Source: a virus
Taxonomy: Duplodnaviria > Caudoviricetes
Virus record (IMG/VR): IMGVR_UViG_3300043410_001001
Span: 1-27,898 of that record
DNA: 27,898 bases
Strand: one strand, 5' to 3'
Under the pieces are notes generated by a model, which was not told where the DNA came from, did not search any database, and saw only the letters and a list, made by a program, of their open reading frames with translations. The first letter of the stretch is position 1. Each line of letters begins with the position of its first letter. Positions 10,401 through 18,153 of the stretch are shown in pieces. Position numbers and translations under genes: made by a program.

Positions 10401-10698
10401 AACTGGTGTGCCCATTATTACAAATATAAACATATCCACCATACTTAACAATATCATTTTCTTTGTAAAGTGTGGTTGAAGTCCAGTCGCCTTTCCATAC
10501 TTGACCATCTGCAAATAAATTCCATTTGGTTGGAATATTATCTAAGTCTGTATAAAAGTCGGCTGCTGCGGTGTGACCTACTACGCAAAGGTATGTGCGT
10601 CCACCGTAAGCAATGATGTCATCTTTGTAGTATGTTGTGCCAGTTGTCCACTGATCTTTCCATACAAATCTAATTCTACCTAATTTAAACTCTGCCAT
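1483..10698 (-). CDS. Giant modular virion fibre/adhesin protein (3071 aa)
   Basis: 8 N-terminal W-x5-Y-x3-D-x-V-x-YGG-x2-Y-x-C-x3-H repeats (ChtBD3/CBM5-12-like); VYYVAPHG...PW beta-helix cap motif; 6 CxRDxGYIVDALxYD helical repeats; beta-helix-like segment; 12 Asp-box (S-x-D-G-x-T-W) repeats; C-terminal GHDFLD...GGRVFYTSTDQDGNFRVG. SD GGAG. Confidence 0.8.
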   Translation of the reverse strand: MAEFKLGRIRFVWKDQWTTGTTYYKDDIIAYGGRTYLCVVGHTAAADFYTDLDNIPTKWNLFADGQVWKGDWTSTTLYKENDIVKYGGYVYICNNGHTSSTTLETNQSDWDLFAESFDWKNAWTANTTYKVNDIVKYGGYTYLCNTAHTAAATSALGLEADQSKWDLFSKGLDWKGVWTSSTRYKLGDVVKYGGTTYVCNTYHTSAATNALGLENDQGKWDYFNQGVEYKGAWTTATRYKVNDLVKNGGGVYICITDHTAAASFVTDVAKWNQFVEGVEFESDWTSGTTYQPGDIVRYGGNTYIAKTDHISAGGFTPSTNSTDWDLFTTGFRLAGDWSSSTSYKVGEIVRNGGFTYVATGDNSNQKPPNASYWSLLNEGIKWRSTWVTSTAYILGDSVKYGPNSYICIQAHTASTPSRPDNDTLGTYWNLLTAGNEESVLTTTGDLVYYSGSGPTRLPIGDEGQVLAVDGGYPAWAYFGRVSKVYYVAPHGTNSPAPTYGLTIDQPWASVRYAAQQVEEGTEYPNAKYLLSINRTFIQKEIVEWVDYQITAGSGIWSGFSYDKTICQRDMGLLVDAIIYDISHTGNAKTIEAAQSYFTTLGASYISGQEAQTVAAINYGVTLMDSILSNTAPAANYQTLNGISVGNRIKQLIDTAYTAETDAADQVSSLVSIVTDAITAGNTDSLPAEETPHFTIFVKTGHYYETLPIIVPANTAIVGDELRGTRTEASPSVISANEKTKSVAALQRIQSIIDDIITNTAVTPTTGNTETQNTTGQRAGTGTGAATLFTDSNILEMKKVIDLGDSYASAFVYPTPTGGSNNASDAGYLNAARLILANKSFIQDEVTAYMNTNYNSIWSALSAGDKTKCTRDMGYIVDALVYDLTYGGNLQTVIAARSYYTNGVLVEPTGQKTALLATVNRIKDIIDNIATGNTGGWTKSTGNTSTQDTSGTAGSAGAGTTAQTRVQEIYDTINTGTSPTTVAPDITWPAAGLLTAGAKILAAKSYIQTETIEYINEYFPTLTYDETLCKRDTGYIIDALYYDFLFGSNYMSIKTASSYRRGITSTEVVLASQKAPTLATIDFIFAQIQKQLRLSTPALSIINNSREIKDVLNNGLAYANSYVRPTPTGGTYGYTSGYYNAARLILANKSFLQAEVTAYMVLNYGSLWTSLGTSGQNACTRDIGYIVEALYYDLMYGGNLATVIAARSYYSNGTFVEPSSEKTAAIAVQNRLIAIITYIAQGNTGSWTKTTGNAASQDTTGTAGSSTAGTYAGARLTEIRDCINTGTTPTTVAPETSWVSSTLTGANTSLQALKTTIQSDAVQYVKREFATLDFDETLCSRDVGYIVDALGYDMMFGSNFLSIQNGMAYQRGLSSTGVVLASQLEATSSIVDFIGIRSSLVAAGDAVSQVEILLSDVIRYASSGALPIVTGTNIPTKDLDVLNAAEILRLNKEFLAAEATAYINNTYKATVTATTSDDKLTCSSTAWMQVGDAVRFTGTTFGGVSTGTTYYIYSIVSSTQFKISSSESLTAALDLSSASGSMTMTFYYQSSYCQNDIRNYVESLAYDLKYTGNYKSVLAARYYRNALTGSKLEDMYLVRNGCGVRNQTLLGLDGSSDGTTPGANPVSATGLLPANEFGTKRPLAGSYVSLDYGWGPNDDRVWVTNKSTYTQNVTTFGTAAVGQKVDGALHNGGIDSMVSNDFTQVISDGIGAWVTNLGRAELVSIFTYYSHVGYLAENGGKIRGTNGNNSYGDFGSVAEGVDVTETPITGLINNRSTEADIRNVITDGNNILLLEYGNAGSDYHTGTFSISGAGYSAATRMGEFRDNGVFQVRLTDPGDSSGVGGTGYVTASNQAQAGTATQITLAAADTATSSAYVGMAVYITAGTGAGQYGYINSYNSGSKVATVYKESTGTAGWDHIVPGTAIASSLSLTSTYVITPRLSFTAPAFTKTLSTLPASSTWTDIAFGDGYSTYTGLSGTTSGSGNLATFDVSRRNGTYSVTINTPGVLYAVGDTVTILGTSLGGTTTANDLTITVDTVSGVSGGITSVSVSGTAVTAKYVAIASGTASGAYSENGTTWTAMTLPASATWTAIAYGQMSTGVSYFVAVASGGTSAAYSTDGINWTSASLGTSASWSDVTYGNQKFVAVSRTSGSAYYSVSTTGTSWSTSTQSVDAVAVTYGYNRFVMIGGGFSRASAYSTDGSTWTVGATSLPANNDSTTSNWIDVAYGNGRYVAISDSSGNAAYSFNGETWTASTLPGIYEWSSINYGQGVFYVTSYGDYSATSEDGVTWTLRDGSHASLAITTTAKDTNPGSYTSRTLPASVYWQDVIWTGSKFVAVGHDNVATPYAASSTDGETWTSVTLATPSSSWEYTAIAYNGSNQYIAVIANTRHLATSTDGVTWAGTTNAIPTQGQWSDMIYAGSKYVAISGGQNRTAYSTDGVTWLNGTISASSTEYTSIAYGQPGATAYYVVVTGITATSQLSAYSTDGITWTAGNTLPSADYWSSVVYGGGKFVTVAGGPNGTSTKAAYSSNGTSWTSATMPGAAARWYRVVYGGGAYTAFAYNSTRTAYSTDGITWIEGPALPATRNWNAAAYGNYRNVALPTTASNGAASINFVLNTNLITTADTTANISVNDRIRFTGTTFGGVRNDTYYWVISVESTNTTQFSISTSKGGSALVLSAASGTMTAVVAKEYVASALGSISGSPKWIAVAPTSPKAQGIVAGAKTRARAYVANNQITEIWIHEPGSGYTSAPTMTITDPNNTGSDATVEVRVGDGALGQPIWTNRGTGYTAASATVTGDGYADNYQVSSYVGFKNLTDVPRAGSNVQIAGINDVWYRLVTVTGLLPNTDGTYNATLQLSPAIGAAEAPDHETAITIRRRYSQVRLTGHDFLDVGTGNKTQTNYPDLPLQDPVPANETVGSEGGRVFYTSTDQDGNFRVGGLFNVEQSTGVATLNADAFNIAGLNELSLGSVALGGSGATISEFSTDPFFTQDSDSVIPTQRAIKAYITSQIGGGGSSLNVNTLTAGVVYIAGQTIATTTNVQININTKVNFKGGIAGDPLVLNYFLLNK
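2960..4500 (-). repeat. Twelve Asp-box/BNR repeats (two predicted beta-propellers) in the 3071-aa gene
   Basis: YSENGTTW, YSTDGINW, VSTTGTSW, YSTDGSTW, YSFNGETW, TSEDGVTW; then SSTDGETW, TSTDGVTW, YSTDGVTW, YSTDGITW, YSSNGTSW, YSTDGITW. Bounds approximate. Confidence 0.8.
6600..8260 (-). repeat. Diverged ~930-bp (310-aa) tandem duplication inside the 3071-aa gene
   Basis: Matching segments at constant offset 930: 7231/8161 (tgtaacttc...gatttattagcaag), 6811/7741 (gcaacggttgttggtg), 6631/7561 (ccaaaca...gtcata). Bounds approximate. Confidence 0.85.
9415..10660 (-). repeat. Eight carbohydrate-binding-module-like repeats (3071-aa gene)
   Basis: YLCVVGH, YICNNGH, YLCNTAH, YVCNTYH, YICITDH, YIAKTDH, YVATGDN, YICIQAH, each preceded by W-x5-Y-x3-(D/E). 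Confidence 0.75.
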
Positions 10699-10724
10699 TT
10701 ATAGCTCCGTTATGCAAGTATTAA

Positions 10725-10730
10725 TATTTA
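10725..10730 (-). promoter_or_regulatory. Late promoter-like box TAAATA upstream of the 3071-aa gene
   Basis: Intergenic GAATAAATATTAATA; matches the core of the T4 gp55 late promoter TATAAATA and recurs in six other intergenic gaps. Confidence 0.65.
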
Positions 10731-10753
10731 TTCAATCCGTAAATGCTAGGTTT

Positions 10754-13700
10754 TTAAGTTCCTGATAAGAACTTAGATGCCGCTAGCATTATTCCGTCTA
10801 TTCCTCGTTTAAAGTTTACTTTTGCTGTAAAAATTAATTCATCCCCTGTTGTTGTGCCTAATGATTGCGGACCAACTTGCACGACACCAGCAACTAATTG
10901 TGCTGTAACTGCATCCGCACCACCACCAGAAACACGTCTTTGAATGTATGCCTTAATTGCCCTCTGTGTTGGTACAACATTATTTGAATCTGCTGTAAAC
11001 GTTATGTCTGTTGAAAATTCTCGAACTACAACTCCAGAACCGCCAACGGTAACACCGCCTAATCGCAATTCTTCCAAACCTTGTAGTTCAAAAAACTGAG
11101 CATTAAGTGTAACGGTACCTGTAGCCTGTTCAACCGAGAACAATTCTCCAACTCTAAAGTTACCATCTTGGTCAGTACTTGTGTAGAACACGCGACCGCC
11201 GTCTCTTTCTCTAACTTCGTCTTCTGGTGCTAAAACCGTTCCATTTGGATTTAATGTATCTGGATAGTTAGTTTCTAATTGACTTCCTAAACCAATATCT
11301 AAGAAATCATGGCCTGTCAAACGAACTTGAGAATATTGTTGTCTAATTTCAATACTAGTACCATGTTCAGGAGATTCTTCTCTGCCTAGATCTTTTGCAA
11401 TCGATAATCTTGCTGTATAATTTCCAATAGATCCACTAAGAATAGTTGCTGTTAATAGTTTATATGTGTAATCATCTATTCCGGCAATATTCAAGTTGTC
11501 ACCTGGACCCGGTATTCTAGTTAAATTAGTTACGACTAAAGAATCACCAATTTGATACTGATCTTTATATCCGTCACCAGATACCGTTAATACGGTACTT
11601 GATGTTTCGTAACCTGTTCCAGAATTAATAATTGTTGGGTTTCCTAAAACACCATTTCCAATTCGAACTGCTGTAGATACTTCTGAGCTGTTACTTGGAT
11701 CAGTTATGGTCATAACTGGCGCTGACGTATATCCACTACCGGGTTCCCATATATTAATACTTGAAATTCTTCCAGCTACTACTCTTGCTCTTGCCTGTGC
11801 CTGAACACCTGTACTAATTAATCTACCAACACTACTATTAGTTGAAAAACCTGCAATAGCTAAGAATTTTCCTGGCTTAACTGGGTTGCCAAATGCTATA
11901 GCTGCCCAAGGCGCTGATGTGCTAATTGATTGATAAGTCCAGTTGTAACCATCTTTAGATAGTGCTATAGTATTCGAACCTGTTGCGATTGCAATAAACA
12001 ATCCCTGGCCGTAAGTTACCTGTTGCCAATTTGCTGCGGTTAATGTGGATTCATACCAAGTTGATCCATTAAAACTAATTGAAACTTCTGTTGCACCGGC
12101 ATAACCGCCTGATAGTGCTACCCAACGATTGTTACCAAATGCTAAACTAATTGCCCCCTGGGTAATAGAAGTAGCTGTCCACGAAGTGCCGTTTGTTGAA
12201 TATGCAACTCCTGCTCCTGCAGTTGAAGAGTCACTGGCTGCTAAAATTACAAATTTTCCAGAGCCGTATTCAATTGCGTTCCAGTCAGCTCCTTCTGGCA
12301 GCGATGACGTTGTCCATGTTGTTAGATCTAAAGAAGTTGCAACAATATTTGCACTTCCTGAGATTGCTACCCAGGTTGAATTTCCGTAGGATACATCTCT
12401 CCAATCTAATGAACCCGGTATTGTAACTGACGACCACGAAGTTCCGTTTGTTGATTTTGCTACATACCCACCGGTCGCAAATGCTAATAATACACCGCCA
12501 ACATATTTTATCTTGGTCCACAATGCTGTAACTGGTAATGTTCCATTAGTCCATGTTACTCCGTCTGAAGAATAAGCAGCAACGTTACTATCGATAGCAA
12601 CTGCTACCCAATATGTTCCATTAAATGCAACGCTACTCCATTGTCTGCTATTTGGCAAAGTAGTTGATGACGATGTAAATCCTGGACTAGTAAATGTAAT
12701 TCTAGGTTCGATCGCATAGTTGGCTGTGGTATTTAATGTTGCTTGAATTGGAGTTCCTTCTACTAAATGTTCCCAGCCTGCGGCATGTAACATGAAGGAT
12801 CCCGATGCGTTAATTAGACCGTAAGCTGATCCGCCTGATGATGTACTAATTTTAATTTTATTGTTTAAACTATCAATGGTGTGAACAAAATAAACAACAT
12901 AATTAGCAATATTTCCAATTGTTGTTCCAGAAAATACCACAGGTTGATTTACACTTAATGTTGTAGTATCTAGAAGAGTAATCCAATTTCCTGATGATGT
13001 TGTAGCTGTACAAGAAATAGGAGTTGTTGATTCTTTAGCAACATATACTACTTTTCCTGTAGCATCATAGTCTGCAATATACCCGTATTGGCCAACTCCT
13101 TGACCTGAAGGAATTAAAATTCTCATAGTCTTATAAGTTGCTGCATCGTTTTCGTCCGATCCTGCAATTACAAATGTATAAGGATCTGTAGTTCCTTGGC
13201 CGGCATTGGTTGTAAACACATAACCAGCACCGCCTTCTGCAGACGAATCGCCTCTATTTGTAATTCTTATTTCATAGACTCCGCCGTCACGAATTTCGTT
13301 ACCTAGTACCTGTGCATTAATACCTGATCCAACAATAGAATATGAAGCACTAGAATATCCGTTACCTGCATGAGAATAAAATACTTTCATCAGGCCTTGG
13401 TTATCGTTTACCATTGTTTGATATACATCTGCATCATAGTATCTATTGTTTACACTACAAGTAATAGGTGTTTCTGTAGTATTATATTTTTCAGATACAG
13501 CTCCATAAGACCCATATGAGCAGTTACCGTTTGTACCACGAATTTTACCTCCGTTGGTGCATAGATAACCGATATAACAATAATATGTAAAAATAGAAAC
13601 ACATTCTGTTCTACCTTCACCATTTGCCCATACTCCAATGCCATCACTTAATACTTGTGTAAAATCGTTAGCAACCATAGTTTGGTTGCCTCCGGCATGT

Positions 13701-16252
13701 AAGTCACCGTCAATTTTAAATCCAACGCATCCTGTACCAAATGTTGTGCAGTTGACCACAAAAGGTGATTTTGTTCCAACCCACACACTAGTATCTGTCG
13801 GACCCCAACCTGGATCTAAACTAGCATATGCTCCGGCAGACGGTCTTCTTGTTCCGTATTCGTTAATTTCTCCTAGTGTTCCTTCTAGGCCAATAAGAGT
13901 GGCATTTCTTAATCCTGTTCCGTCTTGTAACAAGAACATATTTGAACTCTTATTCAATGTTGCATTGTTACCGTTAATAAAGAAATTTGCAGCATTTATT
14001 GTATAGAAATTACCAGGATAACCCATGTCATGAATTAACGCTTCAACAATTCTAGTAATATCTTGTGTCCATCTAGCAGGAAGTTCTGCTAGCGTTGAAT
14101 CAACAAAGTTAGCTTCAATATATAAAGTTGTTTCGTTGATGATAAACTCTTTATTATTCACTAATTGATTGTAGGCATTTAATCTTGCAGTAAACGCTGT
14201 TAATGTATTAGTTCCTGAAAAAGTTACTGGATTGTAACTTTCGATTCTATTTTTAAATTGAGTAATTAAAGAGTCAACTGCTAAAACTTCGTCGTCACTG
14301 CTAGGTGTTCCTGAAAAATCTTGAGAGATATGTCCATAAACTCGTGTACCAAATGCGGGACTTTCTTCATCAGTGTCTCCAATTATTTCTTCTTTTACTA
14401 TTAGACTTGCAATAGTGTTAATATAGTCTGATGCATCTAAAATTCTAGCAATATAATCGTTGCTAAACACACCTTCTGCAGGTTTAATAATAGTTCCACG
14501 TAGTTCATCGCCAATTATTGCTACAAACGCAGGAATTCTAATTGGTAAAATTTCTTCAAATACTCCTGTTCTTGCAAAGATTGTTGCGTATCCAGTTACA
14601 TTTTCTGTAGCATATCTGATAGTTTTCCAAGGTTTGTGAGGAGATGTTCCAGACAACGGATCGTCTGATCCATGTGGAGCAACATAATAAACTTTGTTTG
14701 ACTCAAACATGTTTTTCCAAGTTGGTAGACCACCATCAACTTGTAAAACTTGCCCTTGTTCACCTACTGGAAGTCTTGTATATCCAACGGTACTTCCGTC
14801 TTCGGTTGGTCCGAATGTTCTAAGGTCGCCTAAATTTTGTAATCTATTATTTTTATTACCATCGGTAATCTTTTCCCAATAACGACCATGTAGTGTACTA
14901 CCGTCTTCTGGATCATCATTTGGTCTATTTGTTTGATCGGCTTCGTGATTATCTAAACATTTGTAAGAACTAGAAACCCAGACTACGGTATCTCCAGCTC
15001 TATAATAAGAATTTGGAGACCATACTCCTACCCATCTTGATCCAGGAATAATTAAATCCCAATATGCAGAATTAGTTGTACTACCATCATTTAAAAAGTC
15101 AGGGTCTTGGCCAACGTTGTCTAGAAATGCTAGATAAAGATTACCTCCTCGTCTAACAACATCTCCAATTTTATATTCTACAAACGCATCCCAGGTTCCT
15201 GAAATTCTTGTACTTTGAAATAATAATTGCCATGCGGTGGTTTCTGTTGAAGGATTTTGACCAAGGATGCTGCTGCTTAGTGCAACATATAAATTTCCAC
15301 CGTAACGAACAATATCACCTTGTTGATAATTTGTTGCTGATGACCATGTTACATCGTATTCTGCTCCTGGACAAAATATTGACCAATTTATAATATCAAA
15401 ATTTGTTGCTGATAAATGGAAAGTTGTACAATAGTATAGGTATGATCCATACTTAACTACATCATTTATTTTGTAGGTTGTGGCTGCTGCCCATGTACCA
15501 GTATACTCATATCCATTGTGTAGGATACTCCATTTACCGTAATCAGCATTAAGGCCCAGTGCATCAGATCCTGCTGATTTATGTCCAACGGTACATTGGT
15601 AAGTAATTCCGCCGAATTTTACAAGATCATTTACTTTGTATCTTGTGTTAATTGCCCAGGTACCTTGCCAATCTAAGGTATCGTTAACTACATCCCACGA
15701 ACTTTGGCTATTTTCTAATCCTGATTCAAAAGATCCTGCAGATAGATGTGACGAATTGCAACGATATGCAATACCGCCATAACGAACTACATCATTTAAT
15801 TTGTAGTAAGTTGACGGTGCCCAATCTGCTGCCCAATTTTTTGAAGTTATTTGTATGGTCCATTTGCTAGCATCTGAAGAAAAATATGAATCTAAACTTG
15901 CAGAAGTAGGATTTTCTGGGTCTGGACTTGATGATGTGTGACCTTCAATACATAGGTAAGTAGTTCCGCCAAATTTAATTAAGTCTCCTACTTTATAATA
16001 TGTGTTAGTTTCCCAATCTCCTAGCCAACTAACACCGTCTGCAACTAATTCCCATTTTGGAACCAATAGTGGAGGAATGTCGTTATTATAAAATTCTAGG
16101 TCAGAATAAAAATCAAAATTTGAAACATGAGTTTGTAGACAGGTATATGATTTTCCACCATAACTTACAATGTCATCAGGGTTGTATCTTGTTGCAGGAG
16201 ACCATTCTCCCTGCCATGTATATCTAAATCTACTTAATTTAAAATCTGCCAT
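10754..16252 (-). CDS. Large modular virion fibre/adhesin protein (1832 aa), paralog of the 3071-aa protein
   Basis: Same N-terminus (MADFKLSRFRYTW vs MAEFKLGRIRFVW), 8 CBM-like repeats, VYYVAPHG motif, NDFTQVLSDGIG segment, 6 Asp-boxes, identical GGRVFYTSTDQDGNFRVG. Confidence 0.8.
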   Translation of the reverse strand: MADFKLSRFRYTWQGEWSPATRYNPDDIVSYGGKSYTCLQTHVSNFDFYSDLEFYNNDIPPLLVPKWELVADGVSWLGDWETNTYYKVGDLIKFGGTTYLCIEGHTSSSPDPENPTSASLDSYFSSDASKWTIQITSKNWAADWAPSTYYKLNDVVRYGGIAYRCNSSHLSAGSFESGLENSQSSWDVVNDTLDWQGTWAINTRYKVNDLVKFGGITYQCTVGHKSAGSDALGLNADYGKWSILHNGYEYTGTWAAATTYKINDVVKYGSYLYYCTTFHLSATNFDIINWSIFCPGAEYDVTWSSATNYQQGDIVRYGGNLYVALSSSILGQNPSTETTAWQLLFQSTRISGTWDAFVEYKIGDVVRRGGNLYLAFLDNVGQDPDFLNDGSTTNSAYWDLIIPGSRWVGVWSPNSYYRAGDTVVWVSSSYKCLDNHEADQTNRPNDDPEDGSTLHGRYWEKITDGNKNNRLQNLGDLRTFGPTEDGSTVGYTRLPVGEQGQVLQVDGGLPTWKNMFESNKVYYVAPHGSDDPLSGTSPHKPWKTIRYATENVTGYATIFARTGVFEEILPIRIPAFVAIIGDELRGTIIKPAEGVFSNDYIARILDASDYINTIASLIVKEEIIGDTDEESPAFGTRVYGHISQDFSGTPSSDDEVLAVDSLITQFKNRIESYNPVTFSGTNTLTAFTARLNAYNQLVNNKEFIINETTLYIEANFVDSTLAELPARWTQDITRIVEALIHDMGYPGNFYTINAANFFINGNNATLNKSSNMFLLQDGTGLRNATLIGLEGTLGEINEYGTRRPSAGAYASLDPGWGPTDTSVWVGTKSPFVVNCTTFGTGCVGFKIDGDLHAGGNQTMVANDFTQVLSDGIGVWANGEGRTECVSIFTYYCYIGYLCTNGGKIRGTNGNCSYGSYGAVSEKYNTTETPITCSVNNRYYDADVYQTMVNDNQGLMKVFYSHAGNGYSSASYSIVGSGINAQVLGNEIRDGGVYEIRITNRGDSSAEGGAGYVFTTNAGQGTTDPYTFVIAGSDENDAATYKTMRILIPSGQGVGQYGYIADYDATGKVVYVAKESTTPISCTATTSSGNWITLLDTTTLSVNQPVVFSGTTIGNIANYVVYFVHTIDSLNNKIKISTSSGGSAYGLINASGSFMLHAAGWEHLVEGTPIQATLNTTANYAIEPRITFTSPGFTSSSTTLPNSRQWSSVAFNGTYWVAVAIDSNVAAYSSDGVTWTNGTLPVTALWTKIKYVGGVLLAFATGGYVAKSTNGTSWSSVTIPGSLDWRDVSYGNSTWVAISGSANIVATSLDLTTWTTSSLPEGADWNAIEYGSGKFVILAASDSSTAGAGVAYSTNGTSWTATSITQGAISLAFGNNRWVALSGGYAGATEVSISFNGSTWYESTLTAANWQQVTYGQGLFIAIATGSNTIALSKDGYNWTYQSISTSAPWAAIAFGNPVKPGKFLAIAGFSTNSSVGRLISTGVQAQARARVVAGRISSINIWEPGSGYTSAPVMTITDPSNSSEVSTAVRIGNGVLGNPTIINSGTGYETSSTVLTVSGDGYKDQYQIGDSLVVTNLTRIPGPGDNLNIAGIDDYTYKLLTATILSGSIGNYTARLSIAKDLGREESPEHGTSIEIRQQYSQVRLTGHDFLDIGLGSQLETNYPDTLNPNGTVLAPEDEVRERDGGRVFYTSTDQDGNFRVGELFSVEQATGTVTLNAQFFELQGLEELRLGGVTVGGSGVVVREFSTDITFTADSNNVVPTQRAIKAYIQRRVSGGGADAVTAQLVAGVVQVGPQSLGTTTGDELIFTAKVNFKRGIDGIMLAASKFLSGT
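14875..16215 (-). repeat. Eight carbohydrate-binding-module-like repeats (1832-aa gene)
   Basis: YTCLQTH, YLCIEGH, YRCNSSH, YQCTVGH, YYCTTFH, YVALSSS, YLAFLDN, YKCLDNH. Confidence 0.75.
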
Positions 16253-16255
16253 TTA

Positions 16256-16630
16256 TTATTCCTCTGATGATCCGTTATCATAGATATAGCCCTCGTTGAC
16301 CCGAACCACTAGTTCGCCTTCGTCGTTTACGTAGTAGAACATCGGACGATCATCCCATCTATACTGAGAGTAATTTAAATTTTCATATACGGGATTATGA
16401 TTTACATCAATTCCTTCAAAGAAATCAACACCAGTTTCAAAATCTGTATAATTGTTTTCTTCTAATCCTGGATTATTAATTGTAATAATTCCCTTGTCTT
16501 TGACTTGATCTACCCTTGCTAAAAACAAACTTCCGTTTTCGTTTTTACGTAATCCATAAAAGAATCTAGGAGTGTCGCCTAAACGCGATACTGGATCGTC
16601 GCCTAAATAATAATTATTTCCGCCTGCCAT
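16256..16630 (-). CDS. Hypothetical protein, probably virion-associated or a fibre assembly factor
   Basis: 124 aa, strong SD AAGGAG, tightly packed between structural genes; aromatic/acidic. Function inferred from context only. Confidence 0.6.
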   Translation of the reverse strand: MAGGNNYYLGDDPVSRLGDTPRFFYGLRKNENGSLFLARVDQVKDKGIITINNPGLEENNYTDFETGVDFFEGIDVNHNPVYENLNYSQYRWDDRPMFYYVNDEGELVVRVNEGYIYDNGSSEE

Positions 16631-16640
16631 TTCCTACTCC

Positions 16641-16973
16641 TTATGATATCTCAACATAACTTATTACTGCATCAACACTAGTTTCTGTATCGCTGACAAT
16701 TCTTAACCCTGCAGTTTCAGGTAAAATTAATTTTTCTCCGTTGGTAATTAATTTTACCGACGAGTTTGGGGGTATTGGTAATCCTTTAATATATACTGCT
16801 TCAACGCTGTCTTCGCTGACTACATAAACATCAACAACACACACATCATAATCTGTAGTGTTTGCTAGATTGCATCCAATAACGGTAATTCTATATCCAA
16901 CAGGAGTTTGTAACACATCAACCGGTGATGTTCCAATTCCTGTATTAACTGCATGTTTAAACGTGGTTGGCAT
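16641..16973 (-). CDS. Small beta-rich virion structural protein (family member 2 of 3)
   Basis: Start reassigned to ATG 16973 (MPTTFKHAVN...), 8 nt after the upstream stop; the track start 17084 overlaps the previous gene. VIGCN...LPIPP...EKLIL pattern matches 20759-21127. Confidence 0.65.
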   Translation of the reverse strand: MPTTFKHAVNTGIGTSPVDVLQTPVGYRITVIGCNLANTTDYDVCVVDVYVVSEDSVEAVYIKGLPIPPNSSVKLITNGEKLILPETAGLRIVSDTETSVDAVISYVEIS

Positions 16974-16981
16974 TTCTTTTT

Positions 16982-18037
16982 TTATCCTAATGTCAATGCA
17001 TATTTGATTGCTATATCGTTTGCTGTACCTTCCGAAACCGCACCAATGGTACCTGCTGGACTGGCCCATACTAGACCGTCCCATATTTCTAAGGCTTTAG
17101 AGTCGGTATTATAACGAGTCATGCCAACTTCTAGGTATGGAGCCACTGGTCTTTGACCTGAAGTTCCCTTAGGTGGAACAAATGCATTTGTCCCTGTAAT
17201 TTTAAAATAACCTGAACCGGATTGCACAAATTCTGTTACAGAATTTGAAACCGTATTTGTTATTACATTATCTCTAATAGAAAAATTACCAATTCTCAGT
17301 GAACCAGAACCATTTGGATCTAAAATTAAATCTTGTCCTGATGTTGTGGTAATAGTATTATCATACATTGTTATGCTGCCAACATCAAATGTGTTTAAAT
17401 TTAATGTATTTGCATAAAAATTGTTTGCGTATATGTCTTTCCATCTGTTAGCGGAAGACCCTATATCGTAGGTATTATCTGTTTCTGGTACTAGATCGCT
17501 TTTGATACTAGCATTAATAGTAACGGTATCAAATAAACTATCACCAATTACTAGATTACCACCGATAGTCACATTGCCTGTGGCATTTATATTTCCGCCA
17601 ATAGTTACATTACCTGTAATATTTGCGGAGCTTTGTATATCAACAATTCCTGTGCCGTTAGGACGTAGTTCTAAATTAGCATTAGAAACGGTTGTTGAAA
17701 TAGTATTGTTGTTAAGTTCTAAATCGCTGACAATTAATCTAGAATGATATGCTGTTGCTTCACCGCCAGATGCTGTGAAATTAATTGTTGGAAGATTACT
17801 ATTGATTGTGTTACCAGAAATAGTAAAGTTGCCTATATCAAATTGATTAGTAACTTCTAAATCTGTTGTTCTAGTTGTGCCTACAATGTCTAGGGCGAAT
17901 TGTGGATCAGCAGAGTTTATGCCAATCCTGGAGTTGACTACATCAAGATACAGAAGGTCGGTCTCAAAAGCCAGATTCACACCATCTCTAATGAGATTGG
18001 CTTTTAAGAGCGGCCCGGAAATACGACCAATCGCCAT
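16982..18037 (-). CDS. Fibre-like virion protein (paralog of 18174-19313)
   Basis: Start reassigned to ATG 18037 (MAIGRISGPLLKANL) with SD GGGGAG. Shows RIGIN...P...L, repeated N-x-I-x-T...DLIL-x-PNG-x-G shaft units and C-terminal PKGTSGQRP...GMTRYNTD...EIWDG. Confidence 0.7.
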   Translation of the reverse strand: MAIGRISGPLLKANLIRDGVNLAFETDLLYLDVVNSRIGINSADPQFALDIVGTTRTTDLEVTNQFDIGNFTISGNTINSNLPTINFTASGGEATAYHSRLIVSDLELNNNTISTTVSNANLELRPNGTGIVDIQSSANITGNVTIGGNINATGNVTIGGNLVIGDSLFDTVTINASIKSDLVPETDNTYDIGSSANRWKDIYANNFYANTLNLNTFDVGSITMYDNTITTTSGQDLILDPNGSGSLRIGNFSIRDNVITNTVSNSVTEFVQSGSGYFKITGTNAFVPPKGTSGQRPVAPYLEVGMTRYNTDSKALEIWDGLVWASPAGTIGAVSEGTANDIAIKYALTLG

Positions 18038-18039
18038 AC

Positions 18040-18148
18040 GCTCTCCCCTAGACACCGTGTTTCACGGATAACCACTTTTTCAGCTTTCGCTCTATGCGGG
18101 TTTACCACAGGTTAATTTTTACAAGAAAATTGGTCTTCTCTTGCAGTT
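18040..18148 (-). ncRNA. Candidate structured cis-regulatory 5' leader RNA
   Basis: Hairpins UGCAAGAGAA/UUUUCUUGUA, AGC-GAAA-GCU and CCGUG-AAA-CACGG, plus alternative pairings UAACC/GGUUA, UGUGG/CCGCA or CCGC/GUGG, lying between a TAAATA box and the SD. No family assigned. Confidence 0.5.
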
Positions 18149-18153
18149 AGTAG

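Noticed and set aside
1877-11200. Diversity-generating retroelement TR/VR pair
   Set aside because: Mismatches are synonymous transitions in both directions, both copies are coding, and no reverse transcriptase is in the window.
2960-12575. Calling the Asp-box regions sialidases
   Set aside because: Asp-boxes are structural propeller motifs; no FRIP motif or arginine triad was recognised.
18050-18085. Hammerhead ribozyme-like CUGA...GAAAC...GUC
   Set aside because: Core reads CUGAAAA rather than CUGANGA, stems I and II are not convincing, and CCGUG/CACGG explains the segment better.
18068-18108. c-di-GMP-I (GEMM) riboswitch resemblance (GGUAAACC...GAAA...GG)
   Set aside because: Lacks the following GACGCAAA junction, tetraloop-receptor stem and closing P1; kept only as an unassigned structured leader.
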